In this document: one piece after another, positions 39,648 to 48,581 of the stretch
How the letters are laid out: each line of letters opens with the position of its first letter
How positions within the stretch are numbered: the stretch's first letter is position 1
Assembly (NCBI GenBank): GCA_965224085.1
Contig: CBDCYI010000009.1
Coordinates: forward strand, 320,001-384,000
Length of the DNA stretch: 64,000 nucleotides
Reading direction: 5' to 3'
From: Candidatus Marinacidobacterales bacterium
GTDB lineage: Bacteria; Acidobacteriota; Vicinamibacteria; Marinacidobacterales; SMYC01
Made by a program: the position numbers and the translations under genes
The notes under the pieces: model-generated
Seen by the model: the letters and a program-made list of their open reading frames with translations, nothing else
The model's database searches: none
What the model was told of the DNA's origin: nothing

Positions 39648-41474
39648 ATGAGTTACAAGAGCTTACGTGGCGCCCTCGCCGACCTCGACCGACACGGCCA
39701 GCTCGTACGCGTCACGGAAGAGGTCGACCCTCACTTGGAGATGGCCGAAGTCCAAAGACGCGCCTACGTCGCCGAAGCGCCCGCCATCCTCTTCGAGAAC
39801 GTGAAGGGCTCGCCCTTCCAAGCGGTGTCCAATCTTTTCGGTACCCTCGAGCGCGCTCGCTTCTTGTTCCGAGATACGCTCGCGCGCGTCCAGAAAGTCA
39901 TCCAGCTCAAAGCTGATCCGTCGCAGGCGTTGCGCCACCCCTTCGCCTACGCGTCCGCACCACTGACCGGGATCGCGTCCCTGCCGAAATCGGTGTCGAG
40001 CGGCCCAGTTCTGCAAAACCGCACCGACATCGCGTCGCTTCCGGCCATTCAAAGCTGGCCGGACGATGGGGGCCCGTTCATCACACTTCCCCAGGTCTAC
40101 ACCGAGGATCCGGACGGTCGAGGCGTGATGCGCTCGAATATCGGCATGTATCGGGTGCAGCTCGCCGGCAACGACTACGAGCCGCAAAAAGAAGTCGGCC
40201 TTCACTATCAAATCCATCGCGGTATCGGTGTTCACCACGCGGCCGCGCTTCGGCGCGGCGAGCCGCTCGAAGTGAGCATCTTCGTGGGAGGACCGCCCGC
40301 GCATACGCTCGCGGCCGTCATGCCCCTCCCCGAAGGCTTGAGCGAGCTTCTTTTCGCGGGCATGTTGAACGGGCGGCGATTCCGATATGCGCGACGTGAC
40401 GGCTTTACCATCGCTTCCGAAGCGGACTTCGTCATCACTGGGCGGATCCATCCGGAGCGCACCCTTCCCGAAGGCCCTTTCGGAGACCATCTCGGCTACT
40501 ACAGCCTCGCGCACGACTTCCCCGTTCTCGAAGTCGAATCGGTCTATCACCGCACCGACGCTGTATGGCCGTTCACCGTCGTGGGACGGCCGCCGCAAGA
40601 AGACACGACGTTTGGCAAGCTCATCCACGAGATCACGGCACCGATGGTGCCCGTCGAGCTTCCAGGTGTGAAAGCCATGCATGCGGTGGACGCCGCGGGG
40701 GTCCATCCGCTTCTGCTCGCCATCGGGAGCGAGCGCTACGTTCCCTATGGCGAGCGCGTCCCGCAGGAGATCCTCACGAACGCCAACGCCATTCTGGGTT
40801 TTAGCCAGGCGTCGCTCGCTAAATATTTGATGATCGTCGCGAAAGAGGACGACCCCGAGCTGAATCTAGACGACATCGAGCGGTTTCTGATCCATCTCTT
40901 GGAACGCGTCGATTTCCGCCGCGACCTGCATTTCCAAACGCGCACGACGATCGATACCCTCGATTATTCCGGGACGGATCTCAATGCGGGCTCCAAGCTC
41001 GTTATTGCCGCCGCAGGTGCGAAGAAGCGAAGCCTCGCGCGCAAGCTGCCCGAGCTTTCGTTGCCTTCCGCATGCCGCGACGCGGCGTTGGCTCTACCTG
41101 GCGTGCTCGTCCTGCAGGCGGCGCCGTTTTCAGGCTATGAGGCGATCTCACGTGAGATGATGGAGTTCACGTGCCATCTCGAGCGCCAGCCGCTCAACGA
41201 GCTTCCGCTCGTGGTGCTCGTCGACGACGCCGCCTTCACTGCGAAAACGTCGAGAAATTTCTTGTGGGTGACCTTTACCCGATCGAACCCGTCACACGAC
41301 GTGCACGGTGTCGCCAGCTTCACCGTGCACAAACATTGGGGCTGCGAGAAGTCGATGATCATCGACGCGCGCTTGAAGCCCCATCACGCCCCGCCTTTGA
41401 TAGAAGACCCAAAAGTCACGAAACGCGTGGACGCGCTCGCGGCGCCTGGAGGAAGCTTGCACGGCGTCCTGTAA
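39648..41474 (+). CDS. UbiD family (prFMN) decarboxylase, possibly menaquinone pathway
   Basis: PAILFENVKG, NIGMYRVQ, EGPFGDHLGYYS, VGRPPQED, DTLDYSG. Confidence 0.92.
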   Translation: MSYKSLRGALADLDRHGQLVRVTEEVDPHLEMAEVQRRAYVAEAPAILFENVKGSPFQAVSNLFGTLERARFLFRDTLARVQKVIQLKADPSQALRHPFAYASAPLTGIASLPKSVSSGPVLQNRTDIASLPAIQSWPDDGGPFITLPQVYTEDPDGRGVMRSNIGMYRVQLAGNDYEPQKEVGLHYQIHRGIGVHHAAALRRGEPLEVSIFVGGPPAHTLAAVMPLPEGLSELLFAGMLNGRRFRYARRDGFTIASEADFVITGRIHPERTLPEGPFGDHLGYYSLAHDFPVLEVESVYHRTDAVWPFTVVGRPPQEDTTFGKLIHEITAPMVPVELPGVKAMHAVDAAGVHPLLLAIGSERYVPYGERVPQEILTNANAILGFSQASLAKYLMIVAKEDDPELNLDDIERFLIHLLERVDFRRDLHFQTRTTIDTLDYSGTDLNAGSKLVIAAAGAKKRSLARKLPELSLPSACRDAALALPGVLVLQAAPFSGYEAISREMMEFTCHLERQPLNELPLVVLVDDAAFTAKTSRNFLWVTFTRSNPSHDVHGVASFTVHKHWGCEKSMIIDARLKPHHAPPLIEDPKVTKRVDALAAPGGSLHGVL

Positions 41475-41502
41475 TCCATACACTTATGCACGGAGGTCAC
41501 CC

Positions 41503-43527
41503 ATGAACATCCGAATTCTTGCCACCTTGTCACTTTTCGCCATCGGGAGCGGCGCGTTTGCCGCCTCCGAGTCCAACCGTCTTACCGTCGATCGCTATCT
41601 GGATTGGGAAGACGTCGCGCGTCCCACGCTTTCACCCGATGGCCGCCAAGTTCTCTACGAACGGCGGTGGGTGGACGCCGTCAACGACCGCTGGGAATCC
41701 GCGCTTTGGATCATGGAGGCCGACGGATCCCGGAACCGCTTCCTCGTCAAAGGCTCGTCCGCACGCTGGTCGCCTGATGGGACGCGCATTGCTTTTCTTG
41801 CTGAAGGCGAGCCCGAAGGCACGCAGCTTTTCGTCCGCTGGATGGACGCCGAAGGCGCGGTGAGCCAGGTGACGCGGGTGCGCGAGACACCGTCCAACAT
41901 TTCGTGGTCGCCCGACGGGGGCTCCCTCGCGTTCCAGATGGTCGTACCGCCCGAGAAGGACGGGCGCTGGAGCATCGACATGCCGAAGCCGCCCGAAGGC
42001 GCCGAGTGGACGCGTCCTCCCAAGATTGTCGAGCGGCTCGATTACCGCCGCGACCGCATCGGCTACTTCCCTGCCGGGTTCCGGCACCTCTTTGTTGTCG
42101 ACGCCGATGGCGGCACGCCGCACGCCGTCACGGACGGCGACTGGCATCACGACGACTACCGCTTTATGCCCGATGGACGCTCGCTCGTCTTCCGCTCACT
42201 GCGTGTCGACGATGCCGAGCATCAGTGGCGCGAGTCCGAGATCTACAAGGCTGACATCGCTACGGGAGTAATCCAGCAACTTACACGACGCGCTGGGCCC
42301 GATCGCGGTCCGGTCCCCTCACCGGATGGCAGTCACATCGCGTATCTCGGGCACGACATGTCGGACGACACTTACACCGAGGAAGGCCTCTATGTCATGG
42401 CATCGGATGGGTCCGAGCCTTACGTCGTCGCGTCCGAGATGGGTCGGCGCCCGGGCAATCTCGAATGGGCGAAAGACGGAAGCGGTATTTATTTCACTGC
42501 CCAGGTCCAAGGGACGTCGAACTTGTATATCGCGCCTCTCGATGGAACACCGCGCCAAATCACGAGCGGCAACCACATGGTGACCGTGACCGATATCGAG
42601 GCCGGCCGCGCCGTAGGAACGCTGAGCAGCTACGCCGTCCCCAAGAACCTCATCACTTTCGAGCTCGAGAGCCCCGCGGAGTTGGCGACGCTTCACGTGA
42701 CGAATCGCGGCGTTCTCGCGGAAGTGGAGCTCGGAGAAGTCGAAGAGCTCTGGTACGACTCGGTCGACGACCTTCGGATCCATGGATGGATCGTCAAACC
42801 ACCCGATTTCGATCCGAACAAGAAGTACCCGCTCATCCTTCGCATCCATGGGGGCCCGCACTCGATGTATCACGCGGGCTTCGATTTCAAGAATCAGAAC
42901 CACGCGGCCAACGGTTATGTCGTGCTCTATACCAATCCCCGTGGAAGCTCCGGTTATGGCAGCCCTTTCGGCAACGCCATCGAGAACGCCTACCCCGACA
43001 AAGACTATGACGATCTGATGGCCGGCGTCGACGAGATCGTCAGCCGCGGCTACATCGACGAGCGCAACTTGTTCGTTTATGGCGGAAGCGGCGGCGGTGT
43101 CCTCACTTCTTGGATCGTCGGTCACACGAGCCGGTTTACCGCGGCGGTCGCCAAAGCGCCCGTGACCAACTGGCTCAGCTTTGTCGGCACGACGGACGGC
43201 TCTTCGTGGTACCGCAACTTCGACGCGATGCCCTGGGACGATCCGAGCGAGCACTTGAGACGCTCCCCGTTGATGTATGTCGGCAACGTCACCACGCCGA
43301 CCCTTCTCATCACGGGCGAGAAAGATCTGCGAACGCCCATGGAGCAGACAGAGCAGTATTACCGCGCGCTCAAGATGCGTAAGATACCCACGGCCATGAT
43401 CCGGCTCACCGACGGGTGGCACAGCCGAAGCCTCCCGCCCACCAACTTCATGAGGGTCCAGCTCTACCTGAGGAACTGGTTCGAACGCTTCATGGTGACG
43501 GAGGCCACTTCCACAGAGCAACCGTAA
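41503..43527 (+). CDS. S9 family (acylaminoacyl/dipeptidyl) peptidase
   Basis: Signal peptide, PD40 repeats, HGGPH, NPRGSSGYG, GGSGGG nucleophile, D-L-R, GWH. Confidence 0.93.
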   Translation: MNIRILATLSLFAIGSGAFAASESNRLTVDRYLDWEDVARPTLSPDGRQVLYERRWVDAVNDRWESALWIMEADGSRNRFLVKGSSARWSPDGTRIAFLAEGEPEGTQLFVRWMDAEGAVSQVTRVRETPSNISWSPDGGSLAFQMVVPPEKDGRWSIDMPKPPEGAEWTRPPKIVERLDYRRDRIGYFPAGFRHLFVVDADGGTPHAVTDGDWHHDDYRFMPDGRSLVFRSLRVDDAEHQWRESEIYKADIATGVIQQLTRRAGPDRGPVPSPDGSHIAYLGHDMSDDTYTEEGLYVMASDGSEPYVVASEMGRRPGNLEWAKDGSGIYFTAQVQGTSNLYIAPLDGTPRQITSGNHMVTVTDIEAGRAVGTLSSYAVPKNLITFELESPAELATLHVTNRGVLAEVELGEVEELWYDSVDDLRIHGWIVKPPDFDPNKKYPLILRIHGGPHSMYHAGFDFKNQNHAANGYVVLYTNPRGSSGYGSPFGNAIENAYPDKDYDDLMAGVDEIVSRGYIDERNLFVYGGSGGGVLTSWIVGHTSRFTAAVAKAPVTNWLSFVGTTDGSSWYRNFDAMPWDDPSEHLRRSPLMYVGNVTTPTLLITGEKDLRTPMEQTEQYYRALKMRKIPTAMIRLTDGWHSRSLPPTNFMRVQLYLRNWFERFMVTEATSTEQP

Positions 43528-43689
43528 GCTTCAAGAGGACGCTTCTGAACACGGGTAAGCTGCTCGGCGCGTTCTTGCTTGCTGCCGCCGGCGCGCACGC
43601 GGGTAAAGGTGCGGACGATGAAGCTCTCAAGAAGCTTCCTCGAGCCGAGAGGGTAGCAATCCTCAACGCACAGAGCTGGGTCTTCGACA

Positions 43690-43990
43690 TGTTGCAAAAC
43701 GGTGAGGAGAGCTCTTCGCGGAATATGAACTGGGACACCGTTTGGTACTCCCGGGGAAACCAGACCCAGACGGGTTGGGAAGCCGAGATCGTCGTCCCCT
43801 TCAAATCTCTACGGTTCGACGCGCCCGAAGACGGCCGCGAGATCCTGTTCGGCATCGGCTTCAAGCGCAACCTTCCACGGAAGAACGAGGAGACCTATTG
43901 GCCCTTCGTCGGGAATGACTCGACATGGTATCGCCCCGCGGAGATGGGGACTCCATGGTCTGAAGAACATCCGTCCAGGACGCGCGCTGA
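43690..43990 (+). pseudogene. DUF5916 / CBM9-like protein fragment
   Basis: NMNWDTVW...GWEAEIVVPFKSLRF...RNLPRKNEETYW. Confidence 0.65.
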
Positions 43991-44083
43991 GCGTGAAGCT
44001 CAACTATCTCTTCGCGTTTTGAACTGGGTAGCTCTTCAGCAAGTCCACCATGTTTTGGTAGCTGCCGGGTCGGTCTTCGTTCA

Positions 44084-44220
44084 TTACTCCGCAGTAACGA
44101 TGGCGCTTATCCCCGAATCCCCGACGGCACTCGGGTCCGCGCCGAGCTCGAGCAGCATCGCGGCACTTTCCGCGTTTCCGGAATTCACCACGTCACGAAG
44201 TCTTTCGTTCAAGTTCGATG
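44084..44220 (-). pseudogene. ankyrin-repeat fragment
   Basis: LRDVVNSGNAESAAMLLELGADPSAVGDSGISA. Confidence 0.5.
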
Positions 44221-44576
44221 CCGCCAGCGGGGGCACGCGCCGCGCTTGTCGAGAAGGGCGAGGCTTTCTTTCGCGCCCCATGAAAGCGCCGTTTCGAACG
44301 GAGCGAAGTCACCGTCAGGTCCCTCCGCAAGTGGGCTGACGAACGCGCAGAGCGCAGCCCGTTCGTCCGCGCCAACGTCGATGAAACGCGCACCGACACG
44401 AACCCACGCCTCGGAGGAAAGACGGAGATCCACACGCTTTACGGCAGTTCTCAAATCCGCTCTTTCGTCAAGTGGACTTTTGGCCAAACGAGAAACGGAC
44501 CGGCCGTCAAGCCAGCTCGAGGCCTTCACATCTGTGTTTGACGCTTGTCGATGTGACCACTAGGTTAACTTGAGGC

Positions 44577-44969
44577 ATGGGACGTGAGTTGCGGAACTTG
44601 AGCGGTCAACCCGACCGCGACCTCGCGCCTCTAGTGGCCGACATTACAAAGCACGAAACACTCGAAGACGTTTTTCGATGGGTGCGAAGCCTCGGTATCC
44701 ATGACGGCACTGAGAATCTCATCAAGCAGGATGAGTTCACCCACGATGCGATTTTTCCCTATCGTGACAGGCTTTACGTCGTGTATGGCGTGACGTGACT
44801 CGGAGCCGTAACGGCCGTCTCCGTGTGGGACCATCGGCCGTCAGCAGAAGAAATCTTAGCGGATCGATTGACGCAAGGTTGGGAGCCCAGCGCATCGCTT
44901 CTCGTCGATGGCGAGCGCGTGCTCGGATACGCTAGCTGCCTGGTGGATACGGATCACTCCCCGAAATAG
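44577..44969 (+). CDS. putative 130-aa selenoprotein (TGA 44796-44798 read as Sec); 73-aa hypothetical protein if TGA is a stop
   Basis: QDEFTHD...LYVVYGVT-TGA-LGAVTAVSVWDHRPSAEEILADRLTQGW...VLGYASC, open to TAG 44969; SECIS-like hairpin downstream. Confidence 0.6.
44811..44841 (+). promoter_or_regulatory. bacterial SECIS-like stem-loop
   Basis: ACGGCCG-TC-TCC-[GTGTG]-GGA-CCAT-CGGCCGT; the apical loop starts with GU, 24 nt after the UGA. Confidence 0.55.
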
Positions 44970-44994
44970 TGACTAGAAAGCGGGTACGCCGAGC

Positions 44995-45828
44995 TCACTC
45001 CCGCGGAAGCAAGCTCACTTGGAGGCCCGCGCCACCCGGAGTGAAAATCGGAGAGAGGGCAAACCGGGTGTCGCCATAGCCAAGGGTTACCGTGCGGCCC
45101 GCTAGAAAGCCGACGGCGGCGCCGAAGACGACATCACTCAGGAAGTGCTGGTTCTCACTCAAACGAGACGCCGCCACGTAGCCCGCCACGCCATAAGCGG
45201 GCAAGCCGACCTTCCATCCGTAGCGCCTCTGCAGCACCGTCGCGGTGGCAAAGGCGCCAGAGGAATGTCCGGATGGGAAGGACCGCGTGTTGCTCTCGTC
45301 CGGACGCGTCCGCCCAACGCTGTATTTGAGTATTTGCGTCATGGCCTGGCTCAAGATCTGGGCCCGAACCAGATCGCGGCCGAGAGCTTCGATCTCCGGA
45401 TCGGAGACGATTTTGCCGATGCCAAACGTCACGAAGGCGCCGCCCACTTGAACGAGGCTCGATCCCAGTACTTCACCGGCCTCGAAGGCAGTATCCGTTC
45501 CCGATCCATCGAGACCCTCTGTGTTCAATCCACTCGTCTGTACGGCTTGGTCGAAGGGCTTGGCCACGGCGGCGGCACCGAGCCCTGCACCTAGAATCAG
45601 CAGGGTCTCTTTGGACGTGAAGACGGTACGAAAGTCCAAAGCGATTTGGCGGTAGAGTCGCGGCGCGGGAGGGGCGCTTTCCGCAACCCATGAGGGGTCC
45701 AGCTTGTCGTCCCAAAAGCCAGGGCCGGGCGCGAAGAACTTGTCTTTCGCTTTGGATTCCGCGAGCAGGATCGGCCCGGTGCCGAGGATCGATACGAGCG
45801 CAAGGAGAGTGATTCTCGTGTTACTCAT
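44995..45828 (-). CDS. PAP2 family phosphatase
   Basis: KYSVGRTRP, SFPSGH, SRLSENQHFLSDV. Confidence 0.92.
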   Translation of the reverse strand: MSNTRITLLALVSILGTGPILLAESKAKDKFFAPGPGFWDDKLDPSWVAESAPPAPRLYRQIALDFRTVFTSKETLLILGAGLGAAAVAKPFDQAVQTSGLNTEGLDGSGTDTAFEAGEVLGSSLVQVGGAFVTFGIGKIVSDPEIEALGRDLVRAQILSQAMTQILKYSVGRTRPDESNTRSFPSGHSSGAFATATVLQRRYGWKVGLPAYGVAGYVAASRLSENQHFLSDVVFGAAVGFLAGRTVTLGYGDTRFALSPIFTPGGAGLQVSLLPRE

Positions 45829-46210
45829 GACTGCACCTCTCGGCGGCGCCTGGAGCCATTATAGAGCAAGATGAACCCCTTGTGCCGCGAGGGATTCCGG
45901 AAAAGCTTACGGCTTCGCGCCCGGCAAGCTTGCGATGAAAGCGTTTATAACGGGCGTCATCGGATAGAACTCATAAGCGCCACCGTGTCCGCGCTCCGAG
46001 TCGATGACGTGTAGCTGGGCGGGCTTTCCCAACGTCTGCAGGATGTCGACGATCTCCGCCGCGAAATTCGGCCGCACGGAGCCGTCGGTGCGGGACGGCA
46101 TCATCAGAACGCGGGTCTCGACCGTTTGAAGTCCGATGGCGAGACTCTTCCGCCACCCGTCCGCGTCGCCTCGTCCCCATCCTAGATTTTGCGTCGTCAG
46201 CGCGCGCGAT

Positions 46211-46757
46211 TAGTGTCTCTTCCGGGGATGGTCGAAACCCCTCGCCTTTAGGCGAAGAGAAGATCGTGGTATTGTGGTCGCGTGCGTCACTACAGGCACG
46301 GAGCGCACACGAAAACGGACCTAAAAGCGCACATCGTTTGGATACCGAAATATCGTAAAAAGGTTTTGATCGGTCCAGTAGCGGTTCGTGTGCGCGATCT
46401 GATTCGTCAGATCGCGATGGAACATGAGCTGCACATAATCTCGGGTAAGGTTGCACGCGACCACGTCCACGTGTTCGTATCCTACCGACCACACCAGGAC
46501 CTTGAGTACGATCGTGCAGTGGCTAAAAGGAATAAGCTCCCGAGTACTCCTTCAGGAGTTTGCTCACCTGAGGAAGAAGTTTTGGGGCCGGCACTTCTGG
46601 GCCCGAGGATATCTGGCGGTGAGTTCAGGAAGCATAACGGACGAGATGGTAAAGGAGCACATAGACTCCCAGGATGGCGAGCCTCTTCACGACGACAGTC
46701 AATTTCCAATTGACAGCCCTTGAAGCCACCGCCTTCTAGGCGGTGGTTGTTCACTTA
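46211..46757 (+). mobile_element. IS200/IS605 family element (tnpA only)
   Basis: Left hairpin TCGCCT-TT-AGGCGA (from 46242), right hairpin AGCCACCGCCT-TCT-AGGCGGTGGTT followed by TTCAC 46750-46754; boundaries approximate. Confidence 0.85.
46282..46723 (+). pseudogene. tnpA: IS200-type Y1 HUH transposase, frameshift near 46500
   Basis: HIVWIPKYRKKVL, DHVHVF (HUH) / LKGISSR, HFWARGY. Confidence 0.88.
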
Positions 46758-47251
46758 ATACAGGTAGCAGTTCGCGTCGATCCCGACCTCGGACCGCGCG
46801 ATCGCGCGTTCGAGAAGCTCTTTCTCCATATCGAAGACATTGAAAACATTGAAAACATTGTTGTAAGGCGAGCTCTCAGGATCGACCTCGAGAAGACTCC
46901 TCTCGTACCAATACGCGGAAGCGTTGTAGCTCGACGTCGCGGTGAGGGACGCGATCGCCATGCGTCGAGCGTTCCGTATGTCTGATAGACCACGGTGACC
47001 GACGCGATCGTGTGTCCGTTGAGAAGCTCGACGTCGCTCAGCGTGCGCGTCTGGGGCTCGATGATCTTTTCGTAGGAGATCGCATGTGACGTGAGCAGTA
47101 GAAAAAACAGAAGGCGAGTTGGGCGCATGAGCTCGTGTCCCTCTTGGTTGCAGCGGTCTCCGAGATGCCGCCAATATAATGCACCCCCGACGTCAGTTCG
47201 AGACCACGCCTCGATCCTGGCAGCGAGCCGTTATAGTATGCGCCGAAGCCA

Positions 47252-48556
47252 ATGAGACGCTTCGCCGCTTTACTCGCTGTCAGCCTGCTTTCGGGTCTCG
47301 CATCAGCGCAAGATTCGTACTGGCCTCAGTGGCGGGGGCCAGAGCGCAACGGCGTATCGCAGGCTTCCGGACTACCGCTCGAATGGAGCGAGCGCATTCT
47401 TTGGAAAACACGCGTCGAGGGTCGAGGGCACTCTTCCCCGATCGCGTGGGGCAACCAGATGTTCGTAACGACCGACATCGAAGGCGATGTGATTCCAGGA
47501 AAAAAGGCGCCGCACCATATACGAGCCCGGGAGACCTACTTGCATCCCGCGGCTCAGAGCGCCGATCGCCGGCACACGTTGAAGGTCCTGAGCCTCGACG
47601 CCCGCACCGGGGAGATTCTGTGGACGCGCACCGCGCATGATGGACCGGTTTTCGACAACCGTCATCGGCGAAACACCTATGCGACGCCGACCGCGGTAAC
47701 GGACGGCCATCTCGTCTACCTATATTTCGGCTCGCAGGGTCTGTTCGCCTACGATTTCGACGGCTATCTCGCATGGAAGGTCGACCTCGGGAACATCAGT
47801 ACTTGGGGCCACGGTCACGGAACGTCTCCGCTGCTCTACGGCGACTCTCTCATTCTCCAAGTCGATCAGAACGAAGGCGACGGCTCATTTCTCCTCGCCC
47901 TCGACAAGAAAACGGGGCGGCAGGTCTTCAGAACGGCTCGCGAGGAGCGCATCAACTACAGCAGTCCCATCCTCGTCGAAGCCTACGGGCGTCACGAGCT
48001 CATTACGACGAGCTACAACTTCGTCGTCGCCTACGACCCCACGAACGGAAAAGAGCGCTGGAGGCACAAAGGCTTCATCGGAAACGCTGTCCCGACGCCC
48101 GTCGCGAACGACAGCACGGTGTTCGTCACATCGGGCTACCCCGACAAATTGACGCGAGCGATTCGCATCCCCAAGAAGGGCGGCTCGCCCAAAGTGCTCT
48201 GGGAGTACAAGAAAGGCACCGGCTACACGCCGTCATCTCTGCTTTATGGTGGCTACCTCTATTTGGTGTCTGATAAAGGCATCCTGACCTGCTTCGACCC
48301 GGAGACGGGGCGCGTCGTCTATGAAGGCGGCCGGATTCCCGTGGCCACCTTTGTTCGGGCCTCACCGGTGGCGTGGGAGGACAAGATCCTGCTCGGCGGC
48401 GAAGACGGAGACTTCTTCGTGATTCGTGCCGGCGCGACACACGAAGTGCTGTCCTCGAATTCCATCCGCGAATCAGTGACCGCGTCTCCAGCCATTGCCG
48501 GAGGCAAGATCTTCTTGCGGGGCGAAAGCCACCTTTACGCCATCGGCACCCAATAA
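47252..48556 (+). CDS. PQQ-binding-like beta-propeller protein
   Basis: WPQWRGPERNG, GHSSPI, YATPTAVTDG, GTSPLL, ASPAI. Confidence 0.9.
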   Translation: MRRFAALLAVSLLSGLASAQDSYWPQWRGPERNGVSQASGLPLEWSERILWKTRVEGRGHSSPIAWGNQMFVTTDIEGDVIPGKKAPHHIRARETYLHPAAQSADRRHTLKVLSLDARTGEILWTRTAHDGPVFDNRHRRNTYATPTAVTDGHLVYLYFGSQGLFAYDFDGYLAWKVDLGNISTWGHGHGTSPLLYGDSLILQVDQNEGDGSFLLALDKKTGRQVFRTAREERINYSSPILVEAYGRHELITTSYNFVVAYDPTNGKERWRHKGFIGNAVPTPVANDSTVFVTSGYPDKLTRAIRIPKKGGSPKVLWEYKKGTGYTPSSLLYGGYLYLVSDKGILTCFDPETGRVVYEGGRIPVATFVRASPVAWEDKILLGGEDGDFFVIRAGATHEVLSSNSIRESVTASPAIAGGKIFLRGESHLYAIGTQ

Positions 48557-48581
48557 GGTCGATTCCATCGGGAGGAAAAAG

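Larger units (their letters stand above)
45907..47128 (-). pseudogene. secreted MetX-like alpha/beta hydrolase, deleted and interrupted by an IS
   Basis: ELLNGHTI...YQTYGTL, DANCYLY | IS | IARA..., IDSERGH. Confidence 0.7.

Noticed and set aside
42319-43521. 400-aa minus-strand ORF (likewise 39663-40706, 48975-49943, 61199-62257)
   Set aside because: Antisense shadows of clear genes, expected at high GC
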